Below are positions 29,021-38,793 of a stretch of DNA of 64,000 nucleotides, one piece after another (position 1 is the first letter of the stretch; each line of letters begins with the position of its first letter). The stretch is from Candidatus Latescibacterota bacterium (GTDB lineage: Bacteria > Latescibacterota > UBA2968 > UBA8231), in assembly GCA_965261395.1 (NCBI GenBank), contig OZ253462.1:3712001-3776000 (forward strand). The letters run 5' to 3'. The notes below the pieces were generated by a model that was not told where the DNA came from, searched no databases, and was given only the letters and a program-made list of their open reading frames with translations. The position numbers and the translations under genes are program-made.

Positions 29021-30273
29021 GGTGTTGCTCCTGAAGGTTGCGGGGTTAAGGGGACGGCGGCGGGCATCTGGCAGACCTCGCTCATCGGCCCGAAAATAGG
29101 CTCGACGCGTTCACTGAAGAGGTTGCCGCTCAGAACGTCGACGACCCCTTGTTTGCACTCGGGATGGCGTTTGAGGAATTCGGCGAAGCTGAAGTCCTTG
29201 GAGTAGAAGGCGTACACCATTTTGCGCACCGCCTCCATGCCGCGCACTAGCTCCGACCCAAAACCGCCCAACTGCTCGGCAGAGAGGTCCCCTTTGGCAA
29301 AGGCTTCGGCGATGGCGTCGGCGGCCATCTCGCCGGATTTGAGGGCTAGGTACACGCCCGAGGAGTACATCGGGTCGAGAAAACAAAAGGCGTCGCCGAC
29401 CAGCACCCAGCCCTCGCCGGCGATGCGGCTGGCGCGGTAGGAAAAGTCCTTGGTGGTCTTGACCGGAAAGAGTTGCTCAGCGTTTTGCAGGCGCTCCTGC
29501 ATGGGTCGGCATTTGGCCAGCTCTTGGTCGAAGATGGTCTGCGCGTCTTCTCTGCGGCCTTGGACCAAGTAGGAGATTGCGCCGACCACGCCGACGCTGA
29601 CCTTGTCGTCGGGCAGGGGAATGTACCAAAACCAGGAGTCCCGGTTTTCGGTGTGGAGGATCAAGGTCGCGCCCTCGTCGATGCCCTCGTCGCGCTGGCC
29701 GCCGCGATAGTGGGTGTAGATCGAAGCCTTCTTCAGCTCGGGCTCGGGCTGGGTCAGCTTGAGTTTGCGGCCGATCAGCGCACTCTGGCCGGTGGCATCG
29801 ACGACGACTTGGGCGGCAAAATCGCGGGTTTGACCGTCGGCGAGCTTGGCGCGCACGCCCCTTGCGCGGTCTCCCTTGAACAGCACTTCGAGGACTCGGG
29901 CACCTTGATGCACTTGAGTGCCTTTGGCGCGGGCGTTGTCGAGGAGCATCTCGTCGAATGGACCGCGCAGGACCTGCCAAGTTACCGCACTCTCGTGGGG
30001 GTTGGTGTCAGAAAAGTAAAAGGGTGCCGAGCCGCGACCCGACTTGCCGAAAAACTGCACGCTGTGCTTGCGGGGAAAGGCGCTGTCTTTGAGTCGGCCG
30101 AGCACGCCGAGCCGTTTGAACGTCCAGTAGGTATCCGGCATCAGGGACTCGCCGATCGCGAAGCGGGGGAACTGCTCCCGCTCGAAGAGCCGAACTTGGC
30201 GGCCGGTTGCAGCGACGAGGGCGGCTACGGTGCTGCCAGCGGGGCCACCGCCGATGACGATGACGTCGCTCAC
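29017..30273 (-). CDS. FAD-dependent halogenase-like oxidoreductase
   Basis: GGGPAG, FPRFAIGES, FPRK, WFWYIP and GDAFCFLDPMYSSGV. Confidence 0.87.
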   Translation of the reverse strand: MSDVIVIGGGPAGSTVAALVAATGRQVRLFEREQFPRFAIGESLMPDTYWTFKRLGVLGRLKDSAFPRKHSVQFFGKSGRGSAPFYFSDTNPHESAVTWQVLRGPFDEMLLDNARAKGTQVHQGARVLEVLFKGDRARGVRAKLADGQTRDFAAQVVVDATGQSALIGRKLKLTQPEPELKKASIYTHYRGGQRDEGIDEGATLILHTENRDSWFWYIPLPDDKVSVGVVGAISYLVQGRREDAQTIFDQELAKCRPMQERLQNAEQLFPVKTTKDFSYRASRIAGEGWVLVGDAFCFLDPMYSSGVYLALKSGEMAADAIAEAFAKGDLSAEQLGGFGSELVRGMEAVRKMVYAFYSKDFSFAEFLKRHPECKQGVVDVLSGNLFSERVEPIFGPMSEVCQMPAAVPLTPQPSGATP

Positions 30274-31547
30274 GTGTGGCTCCTGTGATCGGTGAAGCGC
30301 CGGGCTTTGAGTTCAAAGCGCGGCAGGGTATTCGGCGCGGCAATTTGGATGTCGGCGCGCAGGCCCAGCCGGTGGGCGAGGGCACGGGCGACTTGGTCGG
30401 CGGTGTCGTTGGCGTCGCCGTTGAGTTCTAGGCGCACCTCCAACTCGTCCAGTGCCCTGCGTCGGTGGACGTCAACGGCGAATTCGGTGACCGCGGGGAA
30501 CTGGCGCACGACGTTTTCGATAGCGCTGGGATAGACGACCACGCCGCGGATGAGCAAGGCATCGTCGAGGCGGCCGGTGACGCCGCCTTGAAGCCGCTGG
30601 AAGGTGCGGCCGCAAGCACAGAGCGTGCGATTGAGCGCGACGCGATCGCCGGTGCGGTAGCGGAGGACCGGCATCCCCGTGCGGCCGAGATTGGTGATGA
30701 CCAGCTCGCCCTCGTCGGCGGGTGCGCCGTTTTGTGGATCGACGACCGCGCAGATGAACTCGCCTTCGTTGAGATGCAAGCCAGCCTGTTGGCAGCAGTC
30801 GAAACCCCAAGCGCCGACCTCGGTGGCTCCGGCGTGGTCGAAGCAGCGGGCACCCCAAGTGCGTTCGATTTGGGCGCGGGTAGCCGGGAGATTCGCGCCC
30901 GGCTCGCCAGCGTGGATGGTGGTGTGTACGCTGCTGGCGGCGAGGTCGAGGCCGCGGTCGCGGGCGACTTCGCCCAAGTGCAAGGCATAGGTCGGGGTAC
31001 AGACGAGGACGGTGATTTCGTTTTCGACGATGGCGTCTAGGCGCTGCGCCGAAGACATGCCGCCGCCGGGGACGCTCAGCGCGCCGATGTGGCTGGCTCC
31101 TTGGTGCCCGCTCCAGAAGCCGATGAAGGGGCCAAAGGAGAAGGCGAAAAAGATGCGATCGCGGTCGCCGACGCCAGCGGCGCGATAGACCTGGGCCCAG
31201 CAGCGGCCCCACCAGTCCCAGCTTTCGGCCGTGTCGAGCCAGCGCAGGCGTTGGCCGGTGGTGCCGGAGGTTTGATGGATGCGGGTGTAGCATTCGGGTG
31301 GATAGGTGAGGTTGGTGCCATAGGGGGGATGCGCGACTTGGTCGGCAGACAGTTCGGCGCGGGTGGTAAAGGGGAGGCGGGCCAAGTCGTCGAGAGCGGC
31401 GATGTCCTCGGCTCGCGTGATGCCGGCCGCGTTGAGCTTTTGGCGGTAAAATGCGTTGGTCGCCAGTACAGGGCCTAGCAGGGTGTGCAGGCGGTTGAGC
31501 TGATGCTCCGTCAGCGCGTCGCGGCTGAGGCGTTCGCAGGCACTCAT
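30270..31547 (-). CDS. Phenylacetate-CoA ligase family protein
   Basis: ATG 31547; HQTSGTTG, DHAGATE, RYRTGD and GRLDD. Confidence 0.9.
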   Translation of the reverse strand: MSACERLSRDALTEHQLNRLHTLLGPVLATNAFYRQKLNAAGITRAEDIAALDDLARLPFTTRAELSADQVAHPPYGTNLTYPPECYTRIHQTSGTTGQRLRWLDTAESWDWWGRCWAQVYRAAGVGDRDRIFFAFSFGPFIGFWSGHQGASHIGALSVPGGGMSSAQRLDAIVENEITVLVCTPTYALHLGEVARDRGLDLAASSVHTTIHAGEPGANLPATRAQIERTWGARCFDHAGATEVGAWGFDCCQQAGLHLNEGEFICAVVDPQNGAPADEGELVITNLGRTGMPVLRYRTGDRVALNRTLCACGRTFQRLQGGVTGRLDDALLIRGVVVYPSAIENVVRQFPAVTEFAVDVHRRRALDELEVRLELNGDANDTADQVARALAHRLGLRADIQIAAPNTLPRFELKARRFTDHRSHT

Positions 31548-33679
31548 AGCGAATAACCGAAGGTCGCCTTGAAGGAGAAAGGGGCCGCCGGGATGACCGA
31601 GGTGCTCCCGAAGCCTCGGGTCTCGTATTCGCTGCCGGTCGCATTCTTGAGGTTGATCCGCAGCAGCCCCGGACCCCGCCGATAGGTCAGCCCGCAGTCG
31701 AGCGTCAGCACGCCGTCGATCTGATAGACATTGTCCTCGGCCACGAACTGGCTGCCGACGTAGCGGATGCCAGCGGCCAAGGTGAGGTTTTCGCCCAAGT
31801 CGCGGGCGGCCCACAGCGTCAAAAGGTGTTCGGGCGCGAAGGCCGGCACATTGCCCGTGCGGTCGAAGACTTGGGGGACGAAGCCCTCGGCGGTGGGGAC
31901 GAATACGGATTCGTTGAAGCGCGTCAGCTCGGCGTCTAAAACGGCATAGGTGCCTTGGGCGTACCATCCCTGGGCCAGACGCGCTGCCAGTTCCAACTCT
32001 AGACCCCGAGCGCGCTGGTCGCCGACCTGCTGGGTGACTCCGTTGTCGTCGGGGATGGCGATGTGCTCTTTGGCGAGGTTGAAGACGGCGAAGTTGGCGT
32101 TGAGCTTGCCGTCGAGCAGCGCGGCTTTGGCCCCGATTTCGTATTGGGTGCTTTCCTCGGCGTCGCGGTCGCCGACGACTTGCGAGGAAGGCGGGGCAAA
32201 GGCGCGGCTCGTATTGGCGTAGAGCGAAAGGGTCTGGGTGGGGGCGAAGATCGCGCCGAGCAGCGGGCTTAGCTGCCGGTAATCGCGCTTGGTGGCGGTG
32301 AGGTCGTCCTCGTAGTCGATTCGGTCGAAGCGGCCCCCGAGCAGGAGCTCGAAGTGGGGGCTGACGATGATGCGGTCGACAAAGTAGGGTGCCAGTGTTT
32401 GCGCGGCGGCTTGGGCGGCGGTCGCTTGGTCGAGGAGGGGGACCACGAGGGAATCGGTCCCGGCTTCCGCTGGCATGAAGGGGGCCAGACTCGGCGGCAA
32501 TGTCGCGTCGAGGGTGAACAGATCGACGAACGAGAGCAGCGCCACGTCCAAGGTGAAGTCGTCGGTGAGGTTGGCGATCTCGACGCCAAAGAGGAGCTGG
32601 TGCTCGATACCGCTGGTTTGCAACTCCAGCAGGCCTTCGAGTTGGTTGCCGACGATCCGCTGTTGGTCGTCGAGGTCGAGCAACGTGCGGGCGAGGTCCA
32701 GCGAACCGGCTGCGTTGGGGAAGGCCCCGTTGAAGAGGGTGCCCTGCGAGGGCCAGTCGAGGCTGGTGTAGTAGAGTTTGTCGCGCAAAGTGAAATTAGG
32801 CGTTAGATGCCATTCATAATTGGCGCGAAAGCGCAGGATGGTCTGTTCGGAAAGGTCGAAAGGCGACTGGTAGGAACGGGTGCGCGGCACATCGGGCAGC
32901 GCGCCGCCGACGATGGGCAGCCCCGAGTCGGACTGATGTTCGCTCGTCAAATACTCAAAGTCGAGGTGCAGCGTCGAGCGCTCACCGAGGTTCAGCCGCA
33001 GCGTTGGGTTTACGGCGAGGATCGAGCTGGTCTTGTCGTCGCGGTAGCCTTCCGCTTCCTGCCATAGGGCGTTGAGACGCAGGGCGTGGCCTTGGTCGGA
33101 TAGGGCGCGGCTAGCGTCGAGGGTGGCGCGGTAGGTGGAGAAGCTCCCTAAGGAGGCGTTGATGCGGGCGAAGTCGCTCGCCGGGTCTGGCCGTTTGCGG
33201 ACGAGGTTGATGGTGCCCGACAGCGGGTTGCCGCCGTAGAGAAAGGCACCGGGGCCTTTGAGAGCTTCGACGCGGTCCACATTGTAGAGCTGGTAGAAGG
33301 TCGCTTCGGGTTCAGGGACCCCGTCGGAGAGCACCAAGCCGTTGGCGAGCGAGTCGAAGCCGCGCAGGTAGAACATATCGTGGACGCCGAAATTGGTGTG
33401 GACGCCGACGCCACTGACATTGGCTAACGCGTCGCTGAGGGTCGCGCCGTCCTGCGTTTCGATCAGGGCTTGGGGGACGATCCCGACGCTTAAGGGGGTC
33501 TTGCGCAGGGGCAGTGGCATTTTGGTGGCGATGGCGTTGGCGCGGGGGATGGCTAGGCGCGAGCCGGTGACGATGGTCTCGTCGACGACGTGGAGTGAGT
33601 CGTCGGCGCTCTGAGCGTGGACGAGGGAGGTCGTCAGCGATAAGGCAAAAACCAGCAGCATACCGTGCAGCTTTTTCAT
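31544..33679 (-). CDS. TonB-dependent receptor (siderophore-type)
   Basis: Signal peptide; ETIVTG; plug motif VDRVEALKGPGAFLYG..GTINLVRK; beta-barrel C-terminus. Confidence 0.92.
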   Translation of the reverse strand: MKKLHGMLLVFALSLTTSLVHAQSADDSLHVVDETIVTGSRLAIPRANAIATKMPLPLRKTPLSVGIVPQALIETQDGATLSDALANVSGVGVHTNFGVHDMFYLRGFDSLANGLVLSDGVPEPEATFYQLYNVDRVEALKGPGAFLYGGNPLSGTINLVRKRPDPASDFARINASLGSFSTYRATLDASRALSDQGHALRLNALWQEAEGYRDDKTSSILAVNPTLRLNLGERSTLHLDFEYLTSEHQSDSGLPIVGGALPDVPRTRSYQSPFDLSEQTILRFRANYEWHLTPNFTLRDKLYYTSLDWPSQGTLFNGAFPNAAGSLDLARTLLDLDDQQRIVGNQLEGLLELQTSGIEHQLLFGVEIANLTDDFTLDVALLSFVDLFTLDATLPPSLAPFMPAEAGTDSLVVPLLDQATAAQAAAQTLAPYFVDRIIVSPHFELLLGGRFDRIDYEDDLTATKRDYRQLSPLLGAIFAPTQTLSLYANTSRAFAPPSSQVVGDRDAEESTQYEIGAKAALLDGKLNANFAVFNLAKEHIAIPDDNGVTQQVGDQRARGLELELAARLAQGWYAQGTYAVLDAELTRFNESVFVPTAEGFVPQVFDRTGNVPAFAPEHLLTLWAARDLGENLTLAAGIRYVGSQFVAEDNVYQIDGVLTLDCGLTYRRGPGLLRINLKNATGSEYETRGFGSTSVIPAAPFSFKATFGYSL

Positions 33680-34920
33680 TGGGTCATCCCCGCTAGGTTT
33701 ATGCGGACGATTTCCTTGCCGTCGCGCAGGTAGAGCCCGCCGTCGGCGAGTGAGGGGATGGTCTCACATCTGCTGCGGCGGAAGACTAGGGCGTTGGCCT
33801 TTTCGACGAAGCCTTTGGGCGTGGCTTCAGCTATGCCGAGATTGCCGCGTTCGCCCAAGATGACGAGGTGGCCGTCGGCGACGATCAGGGTGCCTTTGCC
33901 GTAGCCCCGAGTCTTCCACTTCTCGTCACCGGTCTCGGCGTCGAGGCATTTGAGAATTGAGCCGTCAAAACCGTAGAGATGCCCTTGGTAGTGGATGGAG
34001 GTGGCGAAGTGGTTTTTCATTTCCTTATTGCGCCAGACCTCCGCCACCTCATAGCCCTTATCTGTGGCGGTGACCTCCACCACCGTGCCGCCCATGTCGT
34101 AACCGGAGGAGATAAAGAAGCGATTGGGCGGGATAAAAACCGGGGTGGCGGCATTGGCGTTGTGGCTAGTCAGCCAGAGATGTTTCCACAGCACCCGGCC
34201 GTGTTGCGGCGCGACCGCGATCAGTCCACCACCAGTAAAAAATACCGCTTGGCGCGTTTGGCCGATGGTGGCGATGATGGGAGAGGAATAGCCCCTCTCG
34301 TCGCTGCCAGCGGTCCAGGCGACCTCGCCGCTAGTTTTGTCAAAGGCCATCAGAGAATGGCCATTCTTACCGCCCGCTTCGATCAAGACGACGTCTCCTT
34401 CGACTAGCGGCGACGCTCCAAAGCTCCGACCGCGCCTGATGCTGTCGAATTCGCGCACTAGGTCGTGGCTCCATTTTTCGGTGCCGAACTGGCTGTCGAG
34501 CGCGTAGAGTATGCCATAGACGCTGAAGACATAGACCATCTTGCCGTCAACCGTGGGGGTGGAGCGCGGACCGTCGCCGCCCTGCCGTTCCGGGAGGTTG
34601 CCGTCGGTGCGGGTGCGCCACAGCACTTCGCCGTTGCGGGCGTCGAGGCAGACCGCGTATTCCGCTTGACTGTGGACGTACATCGTATAGATGCGATCTC
34701 CGACTACGGACAGACCGGAAAAGCCAGGCCCGGCAGGGACCCGCCAGGACTCTTTAAAAGACGGTTTGTCGCCGAACAGGCCCGTCTGCGGCGAGACTCC
34801 GTTGCGGTAGGGCCCGAGCCATTGCGGCCAGTCCGCCCATTGCCAGTGCGACCAATCTTGGGCTAAGGCTGGAAAGGCACACAAGGCGAGGACTAGGGAC
34901 GTACCCAATATCTTCTTCAT
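33676..34920 (-). CDS. Secreted PQQ-like beta-propeller (tandem paralogue 3)
   Basis: ATG 34920 MKKILG; WPQWLGP; GPRSTP. Confidence 0.9.
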   Translation of the reverse strand: MKKILGTSLVLALCAFPALAQDWSHWQWADWPQWLGPYRNGVSPQTGLFGDKPSFKESWRVPAGPGFSGLSVVGDRIYTMYVHSQAEYAVCLDARNGEVLWRTRTDGNLPERQGGDGPRSTPTVDGKMVYVFSVYGILYALDSQFGTEKWSHDLVREFDSIRRGRSFGASPLVEGDVVLIEAGGKNGHSLMAFDKTSGEVAWTAGSDERGYSSPIIATIGQTRQAVFFTGGGLIAVAPQHGRVLWKHLWLTSHNANAATPVFIPPNRFFISSGYDMGGTVVEVTATDKGYEVAEVWRNKEMKNHFATSIHYQGHLYGFDGSILKCLDAETGDEKWKTRGYGKGTLIVADGHLVILGERGNLGIAEATPKGFVEKANALVFRRSRCETIPSLADGGLYLRDGKEIVRINLAGMTQ

Positions 34921-36158
34921 TGGACCGACTCCCGCATGTCGAGGCAGACGATTTCGCTTTCGTCGCGGAGGTAGAGCCGGCCGTCTGCGAGTGAGGGGGC
35001 CGTCCAGCATTTGCTGGGGAAGACCTGGGTGTTGGACTTTTCGACGAAGCCGGCGGGTGAGGCTGCGGCTATGCCGAGATTGCCTTGTTCGCCTAAGATG
35101 ACGAGGTGGCCGTCGGCGAGGATCAGACTGCCCTTGCCGTAGCCCCGGGTCTTCCACTTTTCGGTGCCCGTCTCGGCGTCGAGGCATTTGAGGATCGAGC
35201 TGTCAAAGCCGTAGAGGTGCCCTTGGTAGTAGATGGAGGTGGCGAAGTGATTTTTCATTTCCTTATTGCGCCAGACCTCCGCTACCTCATAGCCGCCGTC
35301 TGTAAGGTTGACCTCTACCACGGAGCCGCCCGTGCCGTAGTCGGAGGAGATAAAGAAGCGGTTGGGCGGGATGAAAACCGGGGTAGCGATGTTGATCTCG
35401 TGGCTGGTCTTCCAGGGGTGTTTCCACAGCACCCGGCCGTGTTGCGGCGTGGCCGAGATCAGCCCGTAACCGGTGAAAAACACCGCTTGGCGCGTTTGGC
35501 CGATGGTGGTGGCGATGGGAGAGGAGTAGCCCGTCTTGTCGCTGCCGGTGGCCCAGGCGACCTTGCCACTGGTTTTGTCAAAGGCTATCAGCGACTGGCC
35601 ATCCTTACCACCGGCTTCGATTAGGACGAGGTCCCCTTCGACCAGCGGCGACGCGCAAAAACCCCAGTTGGGCCTCTCGCTACCGAATTCGCTGACTAGG
35701 TCGTGGCTCCATTTTTGGGTGCCGGTCTGGCTGTCGAGGGCGTGGAGTTTGCCATAGGCGCTGAAGACATAGACCGTCTCACCGTCAACGGTTGGGGTGG
35801 CGCGCGGACCGTCGCCGCCCTGCCGTTCGACGAGATTGTCGTCGGTGCGGGTGCGCCACAGCACTTCGCCATTGCCGGCGTCGAGGCAGACCGCGTATTC
35901 CTCCTCGCTGTGAATGTACATCGTATAGATGCGCTCGCCGACGATGGACAGGCCGGAAAAGCCCTTCCCGCCTTGAACGCGCCAGGCCTCTTTAAAAGAC
36001 AGCTCGTCGCCGAACAAACCCGTCTCTGGCGAGATGCCATTGCGGTCGGGGCCGAGCCATTGCGGCCAGCCCGTTGATTGCCAGTTCGACGAATCTTGGG
36101 CTAAGGCTGGAAAGGCGCATAAGGCGAGGGCTAGGGACGTTCCCAATATCTTTTTCAT
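34917..36158 (-). CDS. Secreted PQQ-like beta-propeller (tandem paralogue 2)
   Basis: ATG 36158 MKKILG; WPQWLGP; GPRATP. Confidence 0.9.
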   Translation of the reverse strand: MKKILGTSLALALCAFPALAQDSSNWQSTGWPQWLGPDRNGISPETGLFGDELSFKEAWRVQGGKGFSGLSIVGERIYTMYIHSEEEYAVCLDAGNGEVLWRTRTDDNLVERQGGDGPRATPTVDGETVYVFSAYGKLHALDSQTGTQKWSHDLVSEFGSERPNWGFCASPLVEGDLVLIEAGGKDGQSLIAFDKTSGKVAWATGSDKTGYSSPIATTIGQTRQAVFFTGYGLISATPQHGRVLWKHPWKTSHEINIATPVFIPPNRFFISSDYGTGGSVVEVNLTDGGYEVAEVWRNKEMKNHFATSIYYQGHLYGFDSSILKCLDAETGTEKWKTRGYGKGSLILADGHLVILGEQGNLGIAAASPAGFVEKSNTQVFPSKCWTAPSLADGRLYLRDESEIVCLDMRESVQ

Positions 36159-37408
36159 TGGACTGACTCCCGCATGTTGAGGCAGACGATTTCGCTTTCG
36201 TCGCGGATGTAGAGCCGGCCGTCGGCCAGCGAAGGGACCGTCCAGCAACGGCTATTGAGGATTTGGGCCTTGCTCTTTTCGCGGAAGGCTGCTGGCGTGG
36301 CCTCGACCAGGCCGAGCTGGCCTTCTTCGCCGAGGACGATGAGCTGGCCATCGGCGACGATCAGGGTGCCCTTGTTGTAGCCCCGGGTCTTCCACTTTTC
36401 CGCGCCGGTCTCGGCGTCGAGGCACTTGAGGATCGAGTCGTCAAAGCCGTAGAGATGGTTCTCGTAGAGGACCGAGGTGCCGAAGTGGTTTTTCATCTTT
36501 TTGTTTTGCCAGACCTGCTCGATGGCGAGGCTGTCGCCGTCGCTCTTGATTTGCAAGACCGCGCCGCCGTTGCCGTCGCTGGTGGAGATAAAAAGCCGGT
36601 CGGGCGCGATGAAAACTGGGGTCGCCGCACTGACGTCGTAGCGGGTCTTCCAGGGGTAGCTCCAGTAAATGCGGCCGTCTTCCGGCGCTAGGCCGGTAAG
36701 CGAATAGGCCGTTAAATAGGCGAGTTGGCGGGTGCCAGCGGCGGTGAAGGCAATGGGCGATGAATAGCTCATCTTTTCGCTGAGGGCGGTCCAAGTGGTT
36801 GCGCCGGTGTTCTTGTCGAGGGCTACGGCGGTGACCGCGGTTGTGCGGTCGATGGCCATGTCGACGACGAAGTTGCCGTTGTGGCCGCCGGCTTCAACTA
36901 GGAGCAGGTCGCCCTCGATTAATGGGGAGGTACTAAACCCCCACCTAGGCACTTCGCTGCTAAATTCGGCGACCAAGTCCTTTTCCCAGATCGGCGTACC
37001 GCTCGCGGCTGCGAGTGCGAAGAGCTTGCCGGTGGCACCGAGTACATAGACGGTCTCGCCATCCACGGTGGGCGTCGAGCGCGGGCCGTCGCCGCCTTGG
37101 GTCTCCTTGTAGTAAGGGCCGGTGCGGTGACGCCAGCGTTCTGCGCCGGTCTCGGCGTCGAGGCAGATGGCGAACTCGTCGTCGCCTTGGGCGAACATGG
37201 TGAAGACCCGGCCGTTGGCGATGGAGATGCCGGAGAAGCCATTGCCGAGGGGAGTGCGCCACTGAACGGCGGGACCGTCGGCCGGCCAGCTTTGCAGTAG
37301 GTCCGTTTCGCTGGAGATGCCGTCGCGCTGGGGGCCGCGCCATTGGGGCCAGTCGGCCGCCTGCGCAGCGGCGGTCAAGAGCAGCAGAAGTGAAATTGCG
37401 GTTTTCAA
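36155..37408 (-). CDS. Secreted PQQ-like beta-propeller (tandem paralogue 1)
   Basis: AGGAGG RBS; signal peptide; DWPQWRGP. Confidence 0.9.
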   Translation of the reverse strand: MKTAISLLLLLTAAAQAADWPQWRGPQRDGISSETDLLQSWPADGPAVQWRTPLGNGFSGISIANGRVFTMFAQGDDEFAICLDAETGAERWRHRTGPYYKETQGGDGPRSTPTVDGETVYVLGATGKLFALAAASGTPIWEKDLVAEFSSEVPRWGFSTSPLIEGDLLLVEAGGHNGNFVVDMAIDRTTAVTAVALDKNTGATTWTALSEKMSYSSPIAFTAAGTRQLAYLTAYSLTGLAPEDGRIYWSYPWKTRYDVSAATPVFIAPDRLFISTSDGNGGAVLQIKSDGDSLAIEQVWQNKKMKNHFGTSVLYENHLYGFDDSILKCLDAETGAEKWKTRGYNKGTLIVADGQLIVLGEEGQLGLVEATPAAFREKSKAQILNSRCWTVPSLADGRLYIRDESEIVCLNMRESVQ

Positions 37409-37421
37409 ATGTGCCTCCTAC

Positions 37422-38759
37422 TTAGGTATAGCGTGCGTTGCGGTATTGGGTTTGGTAAAAGTCGGGTAATAGCTGATCAACGCGCATGAGGCCCTCGTCG
37501 GTCAAGGTGACTGAGTCTGTGTCGAAATGGAGCATGCCTTCGTCGCGGAGGCCGCTGAGTGCAGCGGCGAAGTGGGCGACGATATCGACTCCGAATTTGG
37601 CGCGAAAATACGCAGTGTCGAGCGCGCCTAGTTTGAGCTGTAGGATCACCTCGCGGGTGAGCTGCTCTTCGCGGTCGGCGGCGAAGGCCCGGTGGATGGG
37701 GAGGTCGCCGCGGTCGATGGCGGCGAGGTAGTCGTCCCACTGTGGCGCGTTCTGATAGTGGACGCCGCTTAGATGCGAGAAGGAGGCGACGCCAGTGCCG
37801 ATCATGTCTTGGCCGGTCCACACGGCGTCGCGGTACACGAAGCGGGCGTCGGGCGTTTTCTTCATCGTATAGGCGCTCGAACGCACGTATCCAGCGGCGG
37901 CCAATTGCTCGAAGGCATAGGCGTGCCAGGCGCGCTTGGTTTTCCAGTCGGCCAAGGCCAGCGGCGCGCCGTCGCCAGCGAGCAGATCCTTGGAATAGAC
38001 CGTGTTGTAGGGCAGCTCCATCTGATAGACGGTGACGCTGTCGGGGTCGAACTCAATGGTCTTTTGCACGGTCTGACGCCAGCTCGGCCAGGTCTCGCCG
38101 ACCATGCCGGCGATCAGATCGACGTTGACCTGATCGAAGTCGAGCGCGTGGATCCAAGGCATGACTTGGTAGATTTCCTTGCTGACGTGGGCGCGGCCGT
38201 TGTGGCGCAGAATCTCGTCGTCGAGGTTTTCTATGCCTAGGCTGAGGCGAGTGACGCCGATGTCGCGGATGGCTTCTAATTTGGCTTGGGTTAGGGTGCC
38301 AGGCTCGCACTCAAAGGCGATTTCGTCGGCACGGTCCCAAGGCAGGGCGTCTTTGAGGCGCTGGACTAAGGAGCGCAGGTGGCGCGAGCTGATGTAGGAG
38401 GGGGTGCCGCCGCCGAAGTAGATAAAGTGCAGTGGTCGGTCTTGGACCGCTGGCTGTTGCGCGTAGTGTTCCACCTCGCGGGCGAGGGCGTCGAGATAGG
38501 TTTGGATCTGCTGGCTGTTTTTATCCGTGTAAACGCGGAAGTAACAGAACTTGCAGCGTTTGCGGCAGAAGGGGATGTGGAGGTAGAGGCCGAGCTTGGC
38601 GTCGGCGCGCGGCGAGTCGGCGAGTGCGCTATGCGCCTGCGGGATGTCTTCCTCACTCCAAAACGAATAGGCTGGATAATTGGAGACAAAGACGCTGCCG
38701 ACCTCGGTTTCGGTGCGGTCGGCGCGGGTGGTTGCTGGGTCGCTGCCGAGTGGACTCAT
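37422..38759 (-). CDS. HemN-like radical SAM protein
   Basis: LYLHIPFCRKRCKFCYF (CxxxCxxC); YFGGGTPS; HemN_C-like tail. Confidence 0.9.
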   Translation of the reverse strand: MSPLGSDPATTRADRTETEVGSVFVSNYPAYSFWSEEDIPQAHSALADSPRADAKLGLYLHIPFCRKRCKFCYFRVYTDKNSQQIQTYLDALAREVEHYAQQPAVQDRPLHFIYFGGGTPSYISSRHLRSLVQRLKDALPWDRADEIAFECEPGTLTQAKLEAIRDIGVTRLSLGIENLDDEILRHNGRAHVSKEIYQVMPWIHALDFDQVNVDLIAGMVGETWPSWRQTVQKTIEFDPDSVTVYQMELPYNTVYSKDLLAGDGAPLALADWKTKRAWHAYAFEQLAAAGYVRSSAYTMKKTPDARFVYRDAVWTGQDMIGTGVASFSHLSGVHYQNAPQWDDYLAAIDRGDLPIHRAFAADREEQLTREVILQLKLGALDTAYFRAKFGVDIVAHFAAALSGLRDEGMLHFDTDSVTLTDEGLMRVDQLLPDFYQTQYRNARYT

Positions 38760-38793
38760 GGGTTGTGACCTTTGGGTCGAAATGTTAGGTGCA

